A DNA stretch of 14,202 nucleotides from Elusimicrobiales bacterium (lineage in GTDB: Bacteria; Elusimicrobiota; Elusimicrobia; Elusimicrobiales; UBA9959). The notes under the pieces were generated by a model. The model was not told the origin of the DNA. It searched no databases and saw nothing but the letters and a program-made list of their open reading frames with translations. The stretch spans positions 1 through 14,202 of the forward strand of contig JBMFKQ010000039.1 in assembly GCA_049972095.1 (NCBI GenBank). The letters run 5' to 3'. The number at the start of each line of letters is the position of its first letter. Position 1 is the first letter of the stretch. Shown here one piece after another: positions 6,332 through 14,202 of the stretch. The translations under genes and the position numbers were made by a program.

Positions 6332-8715
6332 AAACTCCTCACAAATGCAGGATCAAAATTCATAATTAAGCATCCATTGTTTCTAAAAACAACACTGTAA
6401 GGTATTGTCTTACCTATTTTAACGACATCAAAACCTCTCATCATTTTTAAAAACTCTTCTTCATAGTCTTTCTCCACCTCAACAACTATTCTACTACCAT
6501 TTTCTCCAAACAAAACCTCAACATCACATACCCCATACTTCTTTATAATCTTATTTATATCTATTTCAGCGCCTATCTCACAAAATGACATTTCGGATAT
6601 ACACACAGCAAGCCCACCATCAGAAACATCATGCGAAGCAAGTACAAATCCCTTTTTCATTGCCTCAATTAGTTTTATATATATCTTTTTATTCTTTTTA
6701 AGATCAATCGGAGGCACAAGGTTATTATTCGGCTCAAAAATCCTTCCATAAACACTTGCACCAAGCCCTTTTTTAAACTCACCAACAACATACACTGGAT
6801 TTGATGCCTTCTTAAAATATGAACTAACCACCTTTCTTACATCATCAACAGGAGCAACTGCAGATATGAGAAGGGTTGTTGGAATCTGATAAAGCTTTCT
6901 ATCAATTTTTGTCTGGTTATAAAAACTGTCTTTCCCAGATATATAAGGCATCTGGATATCAATAGCACCATCCCTTGCACCCAAAGCAGCAAGCGCAAAC
7001 CCTCCCATAACATTCTTATCATCAGGGTTTGCAGCAGAGAAGTTATCAAGCAAGGCTCCTCTTGTTATATCAGCACCAACACATACAAGGTTTCTAACAG
7101 CCTCATCGATGCTGTATAATGCCATATCATAAGGAGAAAGATCAGATGCAGCTGGTCTCATCCCACAGCTAACCGCAAAGCCTTTAAAACTTTCAAACTC
7201 ACCTGTCAGCTGAGCTGTCCATATAACAGCTGCGTCAGATGGAGCTTTTTCACTATCTCCACAAAATGGTTTTAAAACACTCTGTCCTATCACCTCATGA
7301 TCATACTGCTCAACTATCCATCTCCTTGACGAACAATTAAGGTCTGAAACAACATTCTTAAACCTCTCATAAAAATCAGAGTGATTTAATGGTTTTATGA
7401 CATCTCTATCCTCAGTTTCAATCCATATACCTTCTTTTTTTATCCTTGGAAGCCTATGGTGAAGGAAATCCATATCAAGATCAATAATCTTTTCATCCTT
7501 GTAATACACCTCAAGCATTCTTGTATCAGTAAACCTTCCAATAACATAATATTGGCATTCTTCAATCTCGCATATTTTTTTGAGCTCTTTAAGTTTATCC
7601 TCATAAACACAAAGCACCATTCTCTCCTGTGATTCACTCAACCATATCTCCCACCCTTCCATATCTTTCTCTTTGAGAATAACATTGTCAAGTTCAACCC
7701 TTGCTCCACATTCTGAGGCAAGCTCACCAACAGCGCTTGAAAAACCACCAGCACCACAATCACTGATAGCACTATATATCCCTCTATCCCTTGCCTTCAT
7801 AATGACATCTATTATCTTCTTTTCATTTATGGCATGTCCTATTTGAACATGAGATGTTGATGTGTTTGCATCTATATCCCTTGATGAGAAAGTGGAACCA
7901 CCTATCCCATCCCTTCCGGTAGCTCCACCTATAACAACTATATAAGAGCCAGGAATGGCTTTTTTTTCTATCTTATCCCTTGGTATTATACCGGCACATC
8001 CAACATAAACAAGAGGGTTATAAAGATATCTATCATCAAAAAAAACACTTCCACATGCTGTTGGAATGCCTATCTTATTGCCATAATCTCTAACACCACT
8101 TACAACTCCGCATATTATTTTATGTGGGGATAAAAAACCTTTTGCAATTTTGTATTTCTTATCTGGAAACGCAAAACAAAAGACATCAGTATTTAACACT
8201 GGCTTTGCACCAAGTCCAACACCAAGTATGTCCCTCACAACCCCACCAACACCTGTCTCTGCGCCACCATATGGTTCAATTGCACATGGATGATTATGTG
8301 TTTCAACCTTAAAACAAATCCCCCAATTAGAATCCTCTGAAAGCTCTATTATGCCTGCATTATCCTTAAAAACGCTAAGACAATAATCTCTTTTCAGTTT
8401 TTCTGTTGCATAGACAATCGTTTCTTTAAAAAGATTTTTAAATTCATAGATCCTCTTAATCCTGCCATTTTTGTCTTTAATAGTTATTCTACACGGTGAG
8501 TTAAATGTTTTATGCTTGCAATGCTCTGACCATGTTTGTGCTATTGTCTCAATCTCAGCCCGTGTTGGATTTCTTGATATCTTCCTAAAATAACTAAGGA
8601 TGATCTCAAGCTCATACTTATTCAAAGACCAGCCATATCTTTTATTAAGAGTAACGAGGTCTTTGAGTTTTGTCTTTTTAAAATCAAAAACTATGTCTTT
8701 ACATTCAATATTCAC
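6310..8715 (-). CDS. purL: FGAM synthase synthetase subunit PurL
   Basis: QTWSEHCKHK, KVETHNHP, GGAETGVGGVVRD, DCGAGG, LSESQERM, QYDHEV, SGKDS and HDVSDGG. The GTG start overlaps the purS TAG by 1 bp (TAGTG). Confidence 0.97.
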   Translation of the reverse strand: MNIECKDIVFDFKKTKLKDLVTLNKRYGWSLNKYELEIILSYFRKISRNPTRAEIETIAQTWSEHCKHKTFNSPCRITIKDKNGRIKRIYEFKNLFKETIVYATEKLKRDYCLSVFKDNAGIIELSEDSNWGICFKVETHNHPCAIEPYGGAETGVGGVVRDILGVGLGAKPVLNTDVFCFAFPDKKYKIAKGFLSPHKIICGVVSGVRDYGNKIGIPTACGSVFFDDRYLYNPLVYVGCAGIIPRDKIEKKAIPGSYIVVIGGATGRDGIGGSTFSSRDIDANTSTSHVQIGHAINEKKIIDVIMKARDRGIYSAISDCGAGGFSSAVGELASECGARVELDNVILKEKDMEGWEIWLSESQERMVLCVYEDKLKELKKICEIEECQYYVIGRFTDTRMLEVYYKDEKIIDLDMDFLHHRLPRIKKEGIWIETEDRDVIKPLNHSDFYERFKNVVSDLNCSSRRWIVEQYDHEVIGQSVLKPFCGDSEKAPSDAAVIWTAQLTGEFESFKGFAVSCGMRPAASDLSPYDMALYSIDEAVRNLVCVGADITRGALLDNFSAANPDDKNVMGGFALAALGARDGAIDIQMPYISGKDSFYNQTKIDRKLYQIPTTLLISAVAPVDDVRKVVSSYFKKASNPVYVVGEFKKGLGASVYGRIFEPNNNLVPPIDLKKNKKIYIKLIEAMKKGFVLASHDVSDGGLAVCISEMSFCEIGAEIDINKIIKKYGVCDVEVLFGENGSRIVVEVEKDYEEEFLKMMRGFDVVKIGKTIPYSVVFRNNGCLIMNFDPAFVRSLWERKAL

Positions 8716-9167
8716 TACAACTTCCTCAAATTAATTTTATTTATAAGCTCATTGAAATATTCTTCCTTTACAAAATCAACAAAATCATCCAGGAAGGTTA
8801 GATAAAAGCACCTTCCAGTTCTAACCGTAAATTTTTTAGAATACATCTTTTCAATTATATCACTTACACTCTCCCCCACAACATCACTAACACCATCTTT
8901 AAGAAAGATCTCACATGCATACTTATAGTTTTCTTCAAAAAAATTATCCTTCTCTCTTATCACATATTCCTCAACAATAGGATCAACAAGTATTTCTTTT
9001 GCTATTTTGTGAAGATATCTTTCATCCTCAAGCTTTCTTATATCATAAAGTCTTGAAATTTTTAAGGGAAGCCTTTTTTTGCTCTGCACCTCCAATCCCT
9101 TCCACATTTTATAAATCTTCCTGCTTTCAACATCAAAGCTATCAACTGTGTATATTTCAATTATCAT
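8715..9167 (-). CDS. purS: FGAM synthase PurS-like subunit with two tandem PurS-like domains
   Basis: Lies between purC (ATGA overlap) and purL. The first half ends with ILVDPIVEEY, which resembles the PurS LLANPVIE motif. The second half has LKDGVSDVVG...VRTG...FNELI, resembling a full PurS unit. At 150 aa it is about twice a normal PurS. Confidence 0.75.
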   Translation of the reverse strand: MIIEIYTVDSFDVESRKIYKMWKGLEVQSKKRLPLKISRLYDIRKLEDERYLHKIAKEILVDPIVEEYVIREKDNFFEENYKYACEIFLKDGVSDVVGESVSDIIEKMYSKKFTVRTGRCFYLTFLDDFVDFVKEEYFNELINKINLRKL

Positions 9168-10033
9168 AAATCTTTTGCTGTAATAAGTCTCATTATTTCA
9201 ATATATTTCTCAGATGTTTTTTTAACAACATCATCAGGAAGTGGAGGTGGAGGGGATTTTCTATCCCAGTATGTTGAAAGAAGATAGTTTCTAACAAGCT
9301 GCTTATCATAGCTTTGAGGCTCTTTCCCAACCTCATATGTTTTTGCATCCCAGAATCTTGAGCTGTCTGGGGTTATCGCCTCATCTATGAGTATAAGCTC
9401 ACCCTCAAGAAATCCAAACTCAAACTTTGTATCTGCAAGAATTATGCCTTTCTTAATAAGATAATTATGTGCAAGATGATAAAGTTTTAAGGATATATCT
9501 CTTATCATCACTGCAACATCATCTCCTATTTTTGATGCCATATAGTCAAAATCGACACTCTCATCATGACCAAAATCTGCCTTTGTTGTGGGTGTGAAGA
9601 TTGGTTGTGGCAGTTTTTGAGCATACTTAAGACCATCTGGAAGTTTTATTCCACATATGCTTTTTGTCTTCTCATACTCCTTCCAGCCATTCCCAACAAT
9701 ATAGCCTCTCACAATACACTCAAAATCAACCCTCTTAGCTCTATATGCAAGAATAGTTCTTTTCGAATAATAGTCATCAAGTTCAATTGCGGTTAATCTT
9801 TTTATCGTATTTATATCAGCTGATATAAGGTGATTTTTTATTATATCCTTTGTCTTATCAAACCAGAAAAGAGATATCTGATTTAAAACCTCGCCTTTGT
9901 AAGGTATCTCATTTGGAAGAACAAAATCAAAAGCAGAAATTCTGTCTGTTGATACAATCAAAAGTTTATCATCACCAACATAATAAATATCTCTAACCTT
10001 TCCCTTATAGAGCTTAAGCTCTTGCAATTCCAT
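9164..10033 (-). CDS. purC: SAICAR synthetase (long, Ade1-like form)
   Basis: GKVRDIY, TDRISAFD, ECIVRGY, PIFTPTTKA, ADTKFEFG, DExxTPDSSRFW and SYDKQ. AAGGGG lies upstream of the ATG. Confidence 0.97.
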   Translation of the reverse strand: MELQELKLYKGKVRDIYYVGDDKLLIVSTDRISAFDFVLPNEIPYKGEVLNQISLFWFDKTKDIIKNHLISADINTIKRLTAIELDDYYSKRTILAYRAKRVDFECIVRGYIVGNGWKEYEKTKSICGIKLPDGLKYAQKLPQPIFTPTTKADFGHDESVDFDYMASKIGDDVAVMIRDISLKLYHLAHNYLIKKGIILADTKFEFGFLEGELILIDEAITPDSSRFWDAKTYEVGKEPQSYDKQLVRNYLLSTYWDRKSPPPPLPDDVVKKTSEKYIEIMRLITAKDL

Positions 10034-10084
10034 TTCTGCCCCTTTTCAATTCCATAAATAAATCAGAAAAACCTTCCTTGCCTT

Positions 10085-11620
10085 CTATTCCCATTCTATT
10101 GTTGCTGGTGGTTTTGATGTAATATCATAAACAACCCTGTTTATGCCTCTAACCTCCCCCACAATTCTTGACGATATCTTTGCAAGAAGCTCATATGAAA
10201 GTCTTGACCAGTCAGCAGTCATCCCATCAACACTATCCACACACCTAATAGCAACAACACTTTCATAACTTCTTTTATCTCCCATAACACCAACTGAACT
10301 AACTGGAAGAAGAACACAAAATGCCTGCCAGGTTTTTGAATACCAACCAGATTTTTTAAGCTCATCCATTAATATAAAATCAGCTTTTCTAAGCATCTCA
10401 AGCTTCTCCTTACTAACCTCACCAATTATCCTTATTGCAAGACCAGGTCCAGGAAAGGGATGCTGGAATAATATCTCATCATCCATACCAATAGCCCTTC
10501 CAACTTCTCTCACATCATCTTTAAAGAGGTATTTAAGCGGCTCAATCAGTTTAAAGCCAAGTCTTTTTGGAAGGCCACCAACATTATGATGACTTTTTAT
10601 TACAGCAGAAGGACCCTTCACAGAAACTGACTCTATTATATCCGGATAAAGTGTTCCCTGAACAAGGAATTTTACACCTTTTATCTTTTCTGCCTCAGAG
10701 CTAAAGATATCTATAAATGCTTTTCCTATTATTTTTCTCTTCCTCTCTGGATCTCTAACTCCTTTCAATCTCATCAAAAATATATCCGAGGCATCAACTA
10801 TTTTTATATTGAAATCAAACTTTTTACTAAAAACATCCTCTATCCTTTGTCTATCACCAATTCTCAAAAGTCCTGTATCTACAAATATACAGACAAGTTT
10901 TTCTCCAATAGCTTTATGAGCAAGAAAGGCTGCAACGGAGGAGTCAACACCACCGCTTAATGCACATATTGCTTTTGAATCTCCAACAGTTTTCTTTATA
11001 TCAGACACAACCTCATCTATAAAATTTTCAAGCTTAAACAGATTTTTTACACTACATATATTAAATGCGAAGTTTTCAAGAATCTTTTTGCCTTCAAGGG
11101 TATGTTCAACCTCTGGATGAAACTGAACAGCATAAATCTTTTTTTGAGTGCTTTCCATTGCACCTATAACCCCATTTTCAGTAAGAGCGGTTATTTCAAA
11201 ACCTTGGGGTATCTTTTTTACCTCATCACCATGACTCATCCATACCGATGTCTTTCTACTAACACCTTTAAAAAGAATTGAATCCTTAACAATTTTAACC
11301 AAAGTATGACCGTATTCCCTTCTCATACCAGGTGATGTTTTCCCACCAAGCAGATGCGCAACAATCTGCATCCCGTAGCATATACCAAGAATAGGTATGT
11401 TTAAATCTTCAATATTCCAATTAATCTTAGGCGCATCCTTTGAATATACACTTTGAGGGCCACCTGAGAAAATTATCCCATTTGGTTTTTTTGAGATTAT
11501 ATCCTTAAGCGCAGTATGATAAGGTAATATTTCACAATAAACAGAAAGCCTTCTTAATCTTTTTGCTATAAGCTGGGTGTATTGACTTCCAAAATCAAGT
11601 ATGAGTATAAGATCAGCCAT
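10085..11620 (-). CDS. guaA: GMP synthase (glutamine-hydrolysing)
   Basis: ILDFGSQY, GICYG, QFHPE, SGGVDSS, QGTLYPD, IKSHHNVGG, HPFPGPGLA and C-terminal SKPPATIEWE. Confidence 0.98.
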   Translation of the reverse strand: MADLILILDFGSQYTQLIAKRLRRLSVYCEILPYHTALKDIISKKPNGIIFSGGPQSVYSKDAPKINWNIEDLNIPILGICYGMQIVAHLLGGKTSPGMRREYGHTLVKIVKDSILFKGVSRKTSVWMSHGDEVKKIPQGFEITALTENGVIGAMESTQKKIYAVQFHPEVEHTLEGKKILENFAFNICSVKNLFKLENFIDEVVSDIKKTVGDSKAICALSGGVDSSVAAFLAHKAIGEKLVCIFVDTGLLRIGDRQRIEDVFSKKFDFNIKIVDASDIFLMRLKGVRDPERKRKIIGKAFIDIFSSEAEKIKGVKFLVQGTLYPDIIESVSVKGPSAVIKSHHNVGGLPKRLGFKLIEPLKYLFKDDVREVGRAIGMDDEILFQHPFPGPGLAIRIIGEVSKEKLEMLRKADFILMDELKKSGWYSKTWQAFCVLLPVSSVGVMGDKRSYESVVAIRCVDSVDGMTADWSRLSYELLAKISSRIVGEVRGINRVVYDITSKPPATIEWE

Positions 11621-11622
11621 TA

Positions 11623-12789
11623 TTATTTCTGTCTTCCCATTCCAACAACCTGGGTTTTCTGCAATAATTTACCTTCAGCCTTTATTGACGGAGCTATAAT
11701 TATCTGTGTCATCTGCATCTCCTTTATATTCCTTGCACCAACTGCTCCCATGGATGTTTTAAGAGCGCCAACAAGATTCTGCGTTCCATCATCAGTTCTT
11801 GCAGGCCCTAAAAGTATCTCCTCTATTGTTCCAGTAATTCCAACATAAACTCTTGTTCCTCTTGGAAGATTGGCATGAGGTGTTGCCATACCCCAGTGAT
11901 AACCCTTGCCAGGCGCCTCAACTGCCTTTGCAAAAGGAGAGCCAATCATAACTGCATCAGCACCGCATGCTATTGCCTTACAAACATCACCTCCTGTAAG
12001 CATCCCACCATCTGTTATTATAGGGATATATCTTCCAGTCCTTTTGAAATAAACATCTCTTGCCTCAGCACAATCAACAGTTGCTGTAACCTGAGGAACG
12101 CCTATACCAAGAACTCCTCTTGTTGTGCATGCAGCACCCGGTCCAATACCAACAAGAACTGCCGATGCTCCAACCTCCATAAGCTCAAGAGCAACCTTAT
12201 ATGTAACACAGTTACCAAGAACAACAGGTATTTTCATCTCTTTTATAAACCTTTCAAGATTTAGTGGTTTTTGCTTTGATGAATAGTATTTGACAGTCAA
12301 AACCGTTGCCTGAACAAAGTATATATCAGCACCAGCCTCTCTTGCAATTGGACCATACTTCTCAGCATTTTGAGGTATTGAGCTTACAGCACAATAAACC
12401 CCATGTTTTTTTATCTCCTCAACCCTTTTTGATATAAGCTTTAGCTTAACAGGCTCTTTATAAATCTTTTGAAAAACCTCAGTTAGTCTATCAGGCGGAG
12501 CATTTATAAGCTCATTTATCGCCTCTTCAGGGTTTTCATATCTGGTATTTATACCATCAAGATTCAAAACAGCAAGACCACCAATCTTATTAAAAGCCAC
12601 TGCCATCTTAACATCAACGACCCCATCCATAGCTGATGCAAGAAATGGAATTTTAAGCTTAAGGTTTGCTATTTCAACAGAGACATCAACATCCTCAGGA
12701 TCCACAGTTATATTGCCTGGCACCAAAGCCACATCATCAAAACCATAGGTATATCTTGCTTCTCGGTTTCTTCCAATAAAATATGACAT
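11623..12789 (-). CDS. guaB3: GuaB3-family IMP dehydrogenase (no CBS domains)
   Basis: YGFDDVALVP, ASAMD, GGLAVLNLDG, catalytic loop GIGPGAACTTR, ITDGG and HWGMATP..LPRG. 388 aa with no Bateman domain. GGAGGAG SD at 12798-12792; ends 2 bp before guaA. Confidence 0.92.
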   Translation of the reverse strand: MSYFIGRNREARYTYGFDDVALVPGNITVDPEDVDVSVEIANLKLKIPFLASAMDGVVDVKMAVAFNKIGGLAVLNLDGINTRYENPEEAINELINAPPDRLTEVFQKIYKEPVKLKLISKRVEEIKKHGVYCAVSSIPQNAEKYGPIAREAGADIYFVQATVLTVKYYSSKQKPLNLERFIKEMKIPVVLGNCVTYKVALELMEVGASAVLVGIGPGAACTTRGVLGIGVPQVTATVDCAEARDVYFKRTGRYIPIITDGGMLTGGDVCKAIACGADAVMIGSPFAKAVEAPGKGYHWGMATPHANLPRGTRVYVGITGTIEEILLGPARTDDGTQNLVGALKTSMGAVGARNIKEMQMTQIIIAPSIKAEGKLLQKTQVVGMGRQK

Positions 12790-12848
12790 AGCTCCTCCAA
12801 CTTAACAAAACTTTACAACTTTGAAAAAACAAAGAGAGCTTTAAATAA

Positions 12849-12870
12849 ATTCTAATAAATTTTAAAATCA
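12849..12870 (-). promoter_or_regulatory. Candidate promoter (-10 TAGAAT) for the guaB3-pur operon
   Basis: TAGAAT on the minus strand at 12854-12849, about 60 nt upstream of the guaB3 ATG. There is no convincing -35 and the region is very AT-rich. Confidence 0.3.
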
Positions 12871-12940
12871 AATAGAAATAGCTCCTATGTAATCTTTAAT
12901 CTTTTAAGGTGCATAGTCTCTCAAAAAAAGTAGTAAAATT

Positions 12941-12967
12941 TTGAAAACAAAGAATAAATGATATAAT
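12941..12967 (+). promoter_or_regulatory. Sigma70-type promoter with extended -10 for the phosphoesterase gene
   Basis: TGaTATAAT at 12959-12967 is a perfect extended -10. TTGAAA lies at 12941-12946 (15-nt spacer, shorter than optimal). Confidence 0.6.
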
Positions 12968-13100
12968 GGTAGAAAAGTAGTGAAAAATTTTGCACATACT
13001 TTAAACTCAAAGAGGATTGCATCTCAAAGAAATGAAGGGTCGGGTTAAAGTCAGCAAAAATCTCACTCATGACAAACCCAATTATCGTAAAGGAGGAGCG

Positions 13101-13928
13101 ATGAAAAAAGGAAAAAGGATAAATAAATGTATGAAGAGAAGTATTTTTTCTCTGTTTGCCCTTTTTATTTTAGCTCTTCAAATGCATGGGATAAGTTTTG
13201 TTGTTTTAGGAGATAGTCGAAACGGAGAAGAAACCTCCCCAATTTTTAAGACAATAATGAGAGAGATAAATCTTCTTTCTCCAGATTTTGTAATTCATAC
13301 TGGAGACTGGGTAGGCTATCCAAGCAGAAAAGGCTGGGAAAATTTCCTTAAGGTAATAAAGATAGGAGGGGTTCCTTTTTATTTAACAGTAGGGAACCAT
13401 GAAACAGCAGAAGATTGGAAATCTCTCTACAAAGAGATGATCAATAAACCTTTTTATTACTCTTTCAAATATGAAAACTGTTATTTTATTATTCTCAACC
13501 CTTACATAGAAGTACCAGGGAAGATAGATGAGAAACAATTTAAGTGGTTAGAAAAAGAACTGATGAAAGCAAAAAAATCCGACTTCATTTTTGTCTTTAT
13601 TCACGAACCTCTTTATCCGATAGATGGTCATATTGATAGTTCTCTTGATAGATTTCCACAGGAAAGGGATAAACTTGCAAATCTTTTAAGAAGGTATAAG
13701 GATAAGATTATTGTATTCTGTGGGCATGAGCATCTCTATAATAAAAGTGTAATTGATGGTCTAACTCAAATAATTAGTGGAGGTGCAGGTGCACCTTTAT
13801 ATACTGCAGATGAGAAAGGTGGTTTTTATCACTACTTATATGTTACAGTGAAAGGGAAATTGCTTCAAATTGCGGTGATAAAACCTGGGTCTATTCTTAC
13901 AAGTGACTTATTACAAGAAGTTAAATAA
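13101..13928 (+). CDS. Exported calcineurin-like metallophosphoesterase
   Basis: Metal-binding motifs GDSR, HTGD, VGNHE, FIHEP and GHEH, followed by ISGGAGAPLY. A strong AAGGAGGAG immediately precedes ATG13101 (ATG13131 is an alternative). A basic N-region plus hydrophobic IFSLFALFILAL suggests a signal peptide. Confidence 0.9.
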   Translation: MKKGKRINKCMKRSIFSLFALFILALQMHGISFVVLGDSRNGEETSPIFKTIMREINLLSPDFVIHTGDWVGYPSRKGWENFLKVIKIGGVPFYLTVGNHETAEDWKSLYKEMINKPFYYSFKYENCYFIILNPYIEVPGKIDEKQFKWLEKELMKAKKSDFIFVFIHEPLYPIDGHIDSSLDRFPQERDKLANLLRRYKDKIIVFCGHEHLYNKSVIDGLTQIISGGAGAPLYTADEKGGFYHYLYVTVKGKLLQIAVIKPGSILTSDLLQEVK

Positions 13929-13945
13929 GTATAATTGTGAATAGC

Positions 13946-13969
13946 AAGCTTTTTGAGCAGGGCTTTTTT
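13946..13969 (+). terminator. Weak possible terminator after the phosphoesterase gene
   Basis: AAGCTT...GGGCTT can form a stem relying on G-U pairs and runs into a T6 tract just after the stop at 13928. Confidence 0.25.
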
Positions 13970-14028
13970 CGTATTCTAATGAATTATATTATCTTTTAAA
14001 TTGACAAGTTCAATTTTGTAAAGCGTCT

Positions 14029-14202
14029 TTACCTACTGCATTCATCTGACACAAGTTCAGCAAAATTTCTGATGTTTCTTGATGCTTCAAAATCTGTTTG
14101 CATAACTTTCAAATACTTCCATTCCTGGCATGTTTGTTTAGTTATATCCTCGCACCATCTTTTGATTGCACTGCTTTTTTGCTTCCTCTAATAATTCCTT
14201 TG
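14029..14202 (-). pseudogene. Probable remnant of the C-terminus of a type III restriction (Res-like) endonuclease, running off the window
   Basis: Minus frame 14187-14029 gives RKQKSSAIKRWCEDITKQTCQEWKYLKVMQTDFEASRNIRNFAELVS..., which resembles the tail after the ETKG nuclease motif of Res-like proteins (recalled similarity, not searched). An in-frame TAG at 14190-14188 and the lack of a suitable start suggest disruption. Confidence 0.5.

Noticed and set aside
2232..12264. Small ORFs 2232..2471, 3365..3556, 6837..7049, 7440..7637, 8124..8312, 9566..9796, 11582..11848 and 11875..12264
   Set aside because: All lie antisense or out of frame within well-conserved housekeeping genes and show no recognisable motifs.
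12788..12886. 9-bp direct repeat ATAGCTCCT at 12788 and 12878
   Set aside because: Too short to separate from chance. One copy is simply the guaB3 RBS, and there is no element between them that suggests a target-site duplication.
12790..12960. Purine, ZTP or PRPP riboswitch, or PurR box, ahead of the gua-pur operon
   Set aside because: The leader is very AT-rich. Fragments such as GACTA and TTTCTA occur in the wrong order for a purine aptamer, and I see no matching stems or terminator. An Rfam scan would be decisive.
13017..13100. TTG start at 13017 for the phosphoesterase
   Set aside because: ATG13101 has a much stronger SD (AAGGAGGAG) and places the signal-peptide-like segment near the N-terminus.

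Overview
AT-rich bacterial window. Most of it (793-12789, minus strand) is a tightly packed housekeeping cluster: guaB3-type IMP dehydrogenase, guaA, purC, a tandem-domain purS, purL, purQ, purF, purD, mnmA and ddl. It ends at a long-loop bidirectional terminator (678-741). The left edge holds the 3' part of a plus-strand gene, open from base 1 to 654. It encodes an unusual 19-Cys modular protein with a GWEEHWGGH/CxxC module, a Pro/Tyr/Gln linker and four 12-residue GGxCNMYGC repeats; this is the least explicable and most interesting element here. On the right, a divergent extended -10 promoter precedes a signal-peptide-bearing calcineurin-like metallophosphoesterase (probable start 13101). 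It is followed by a convergent, apparently broken remnant resembling the C-terminus of a type III restriction (Res-like) enzyme. I see no CRISPR array, RNA gene, intact mobile element or recognisable riboswitch. No complete novel multi-gene system can be supported from this window alone.
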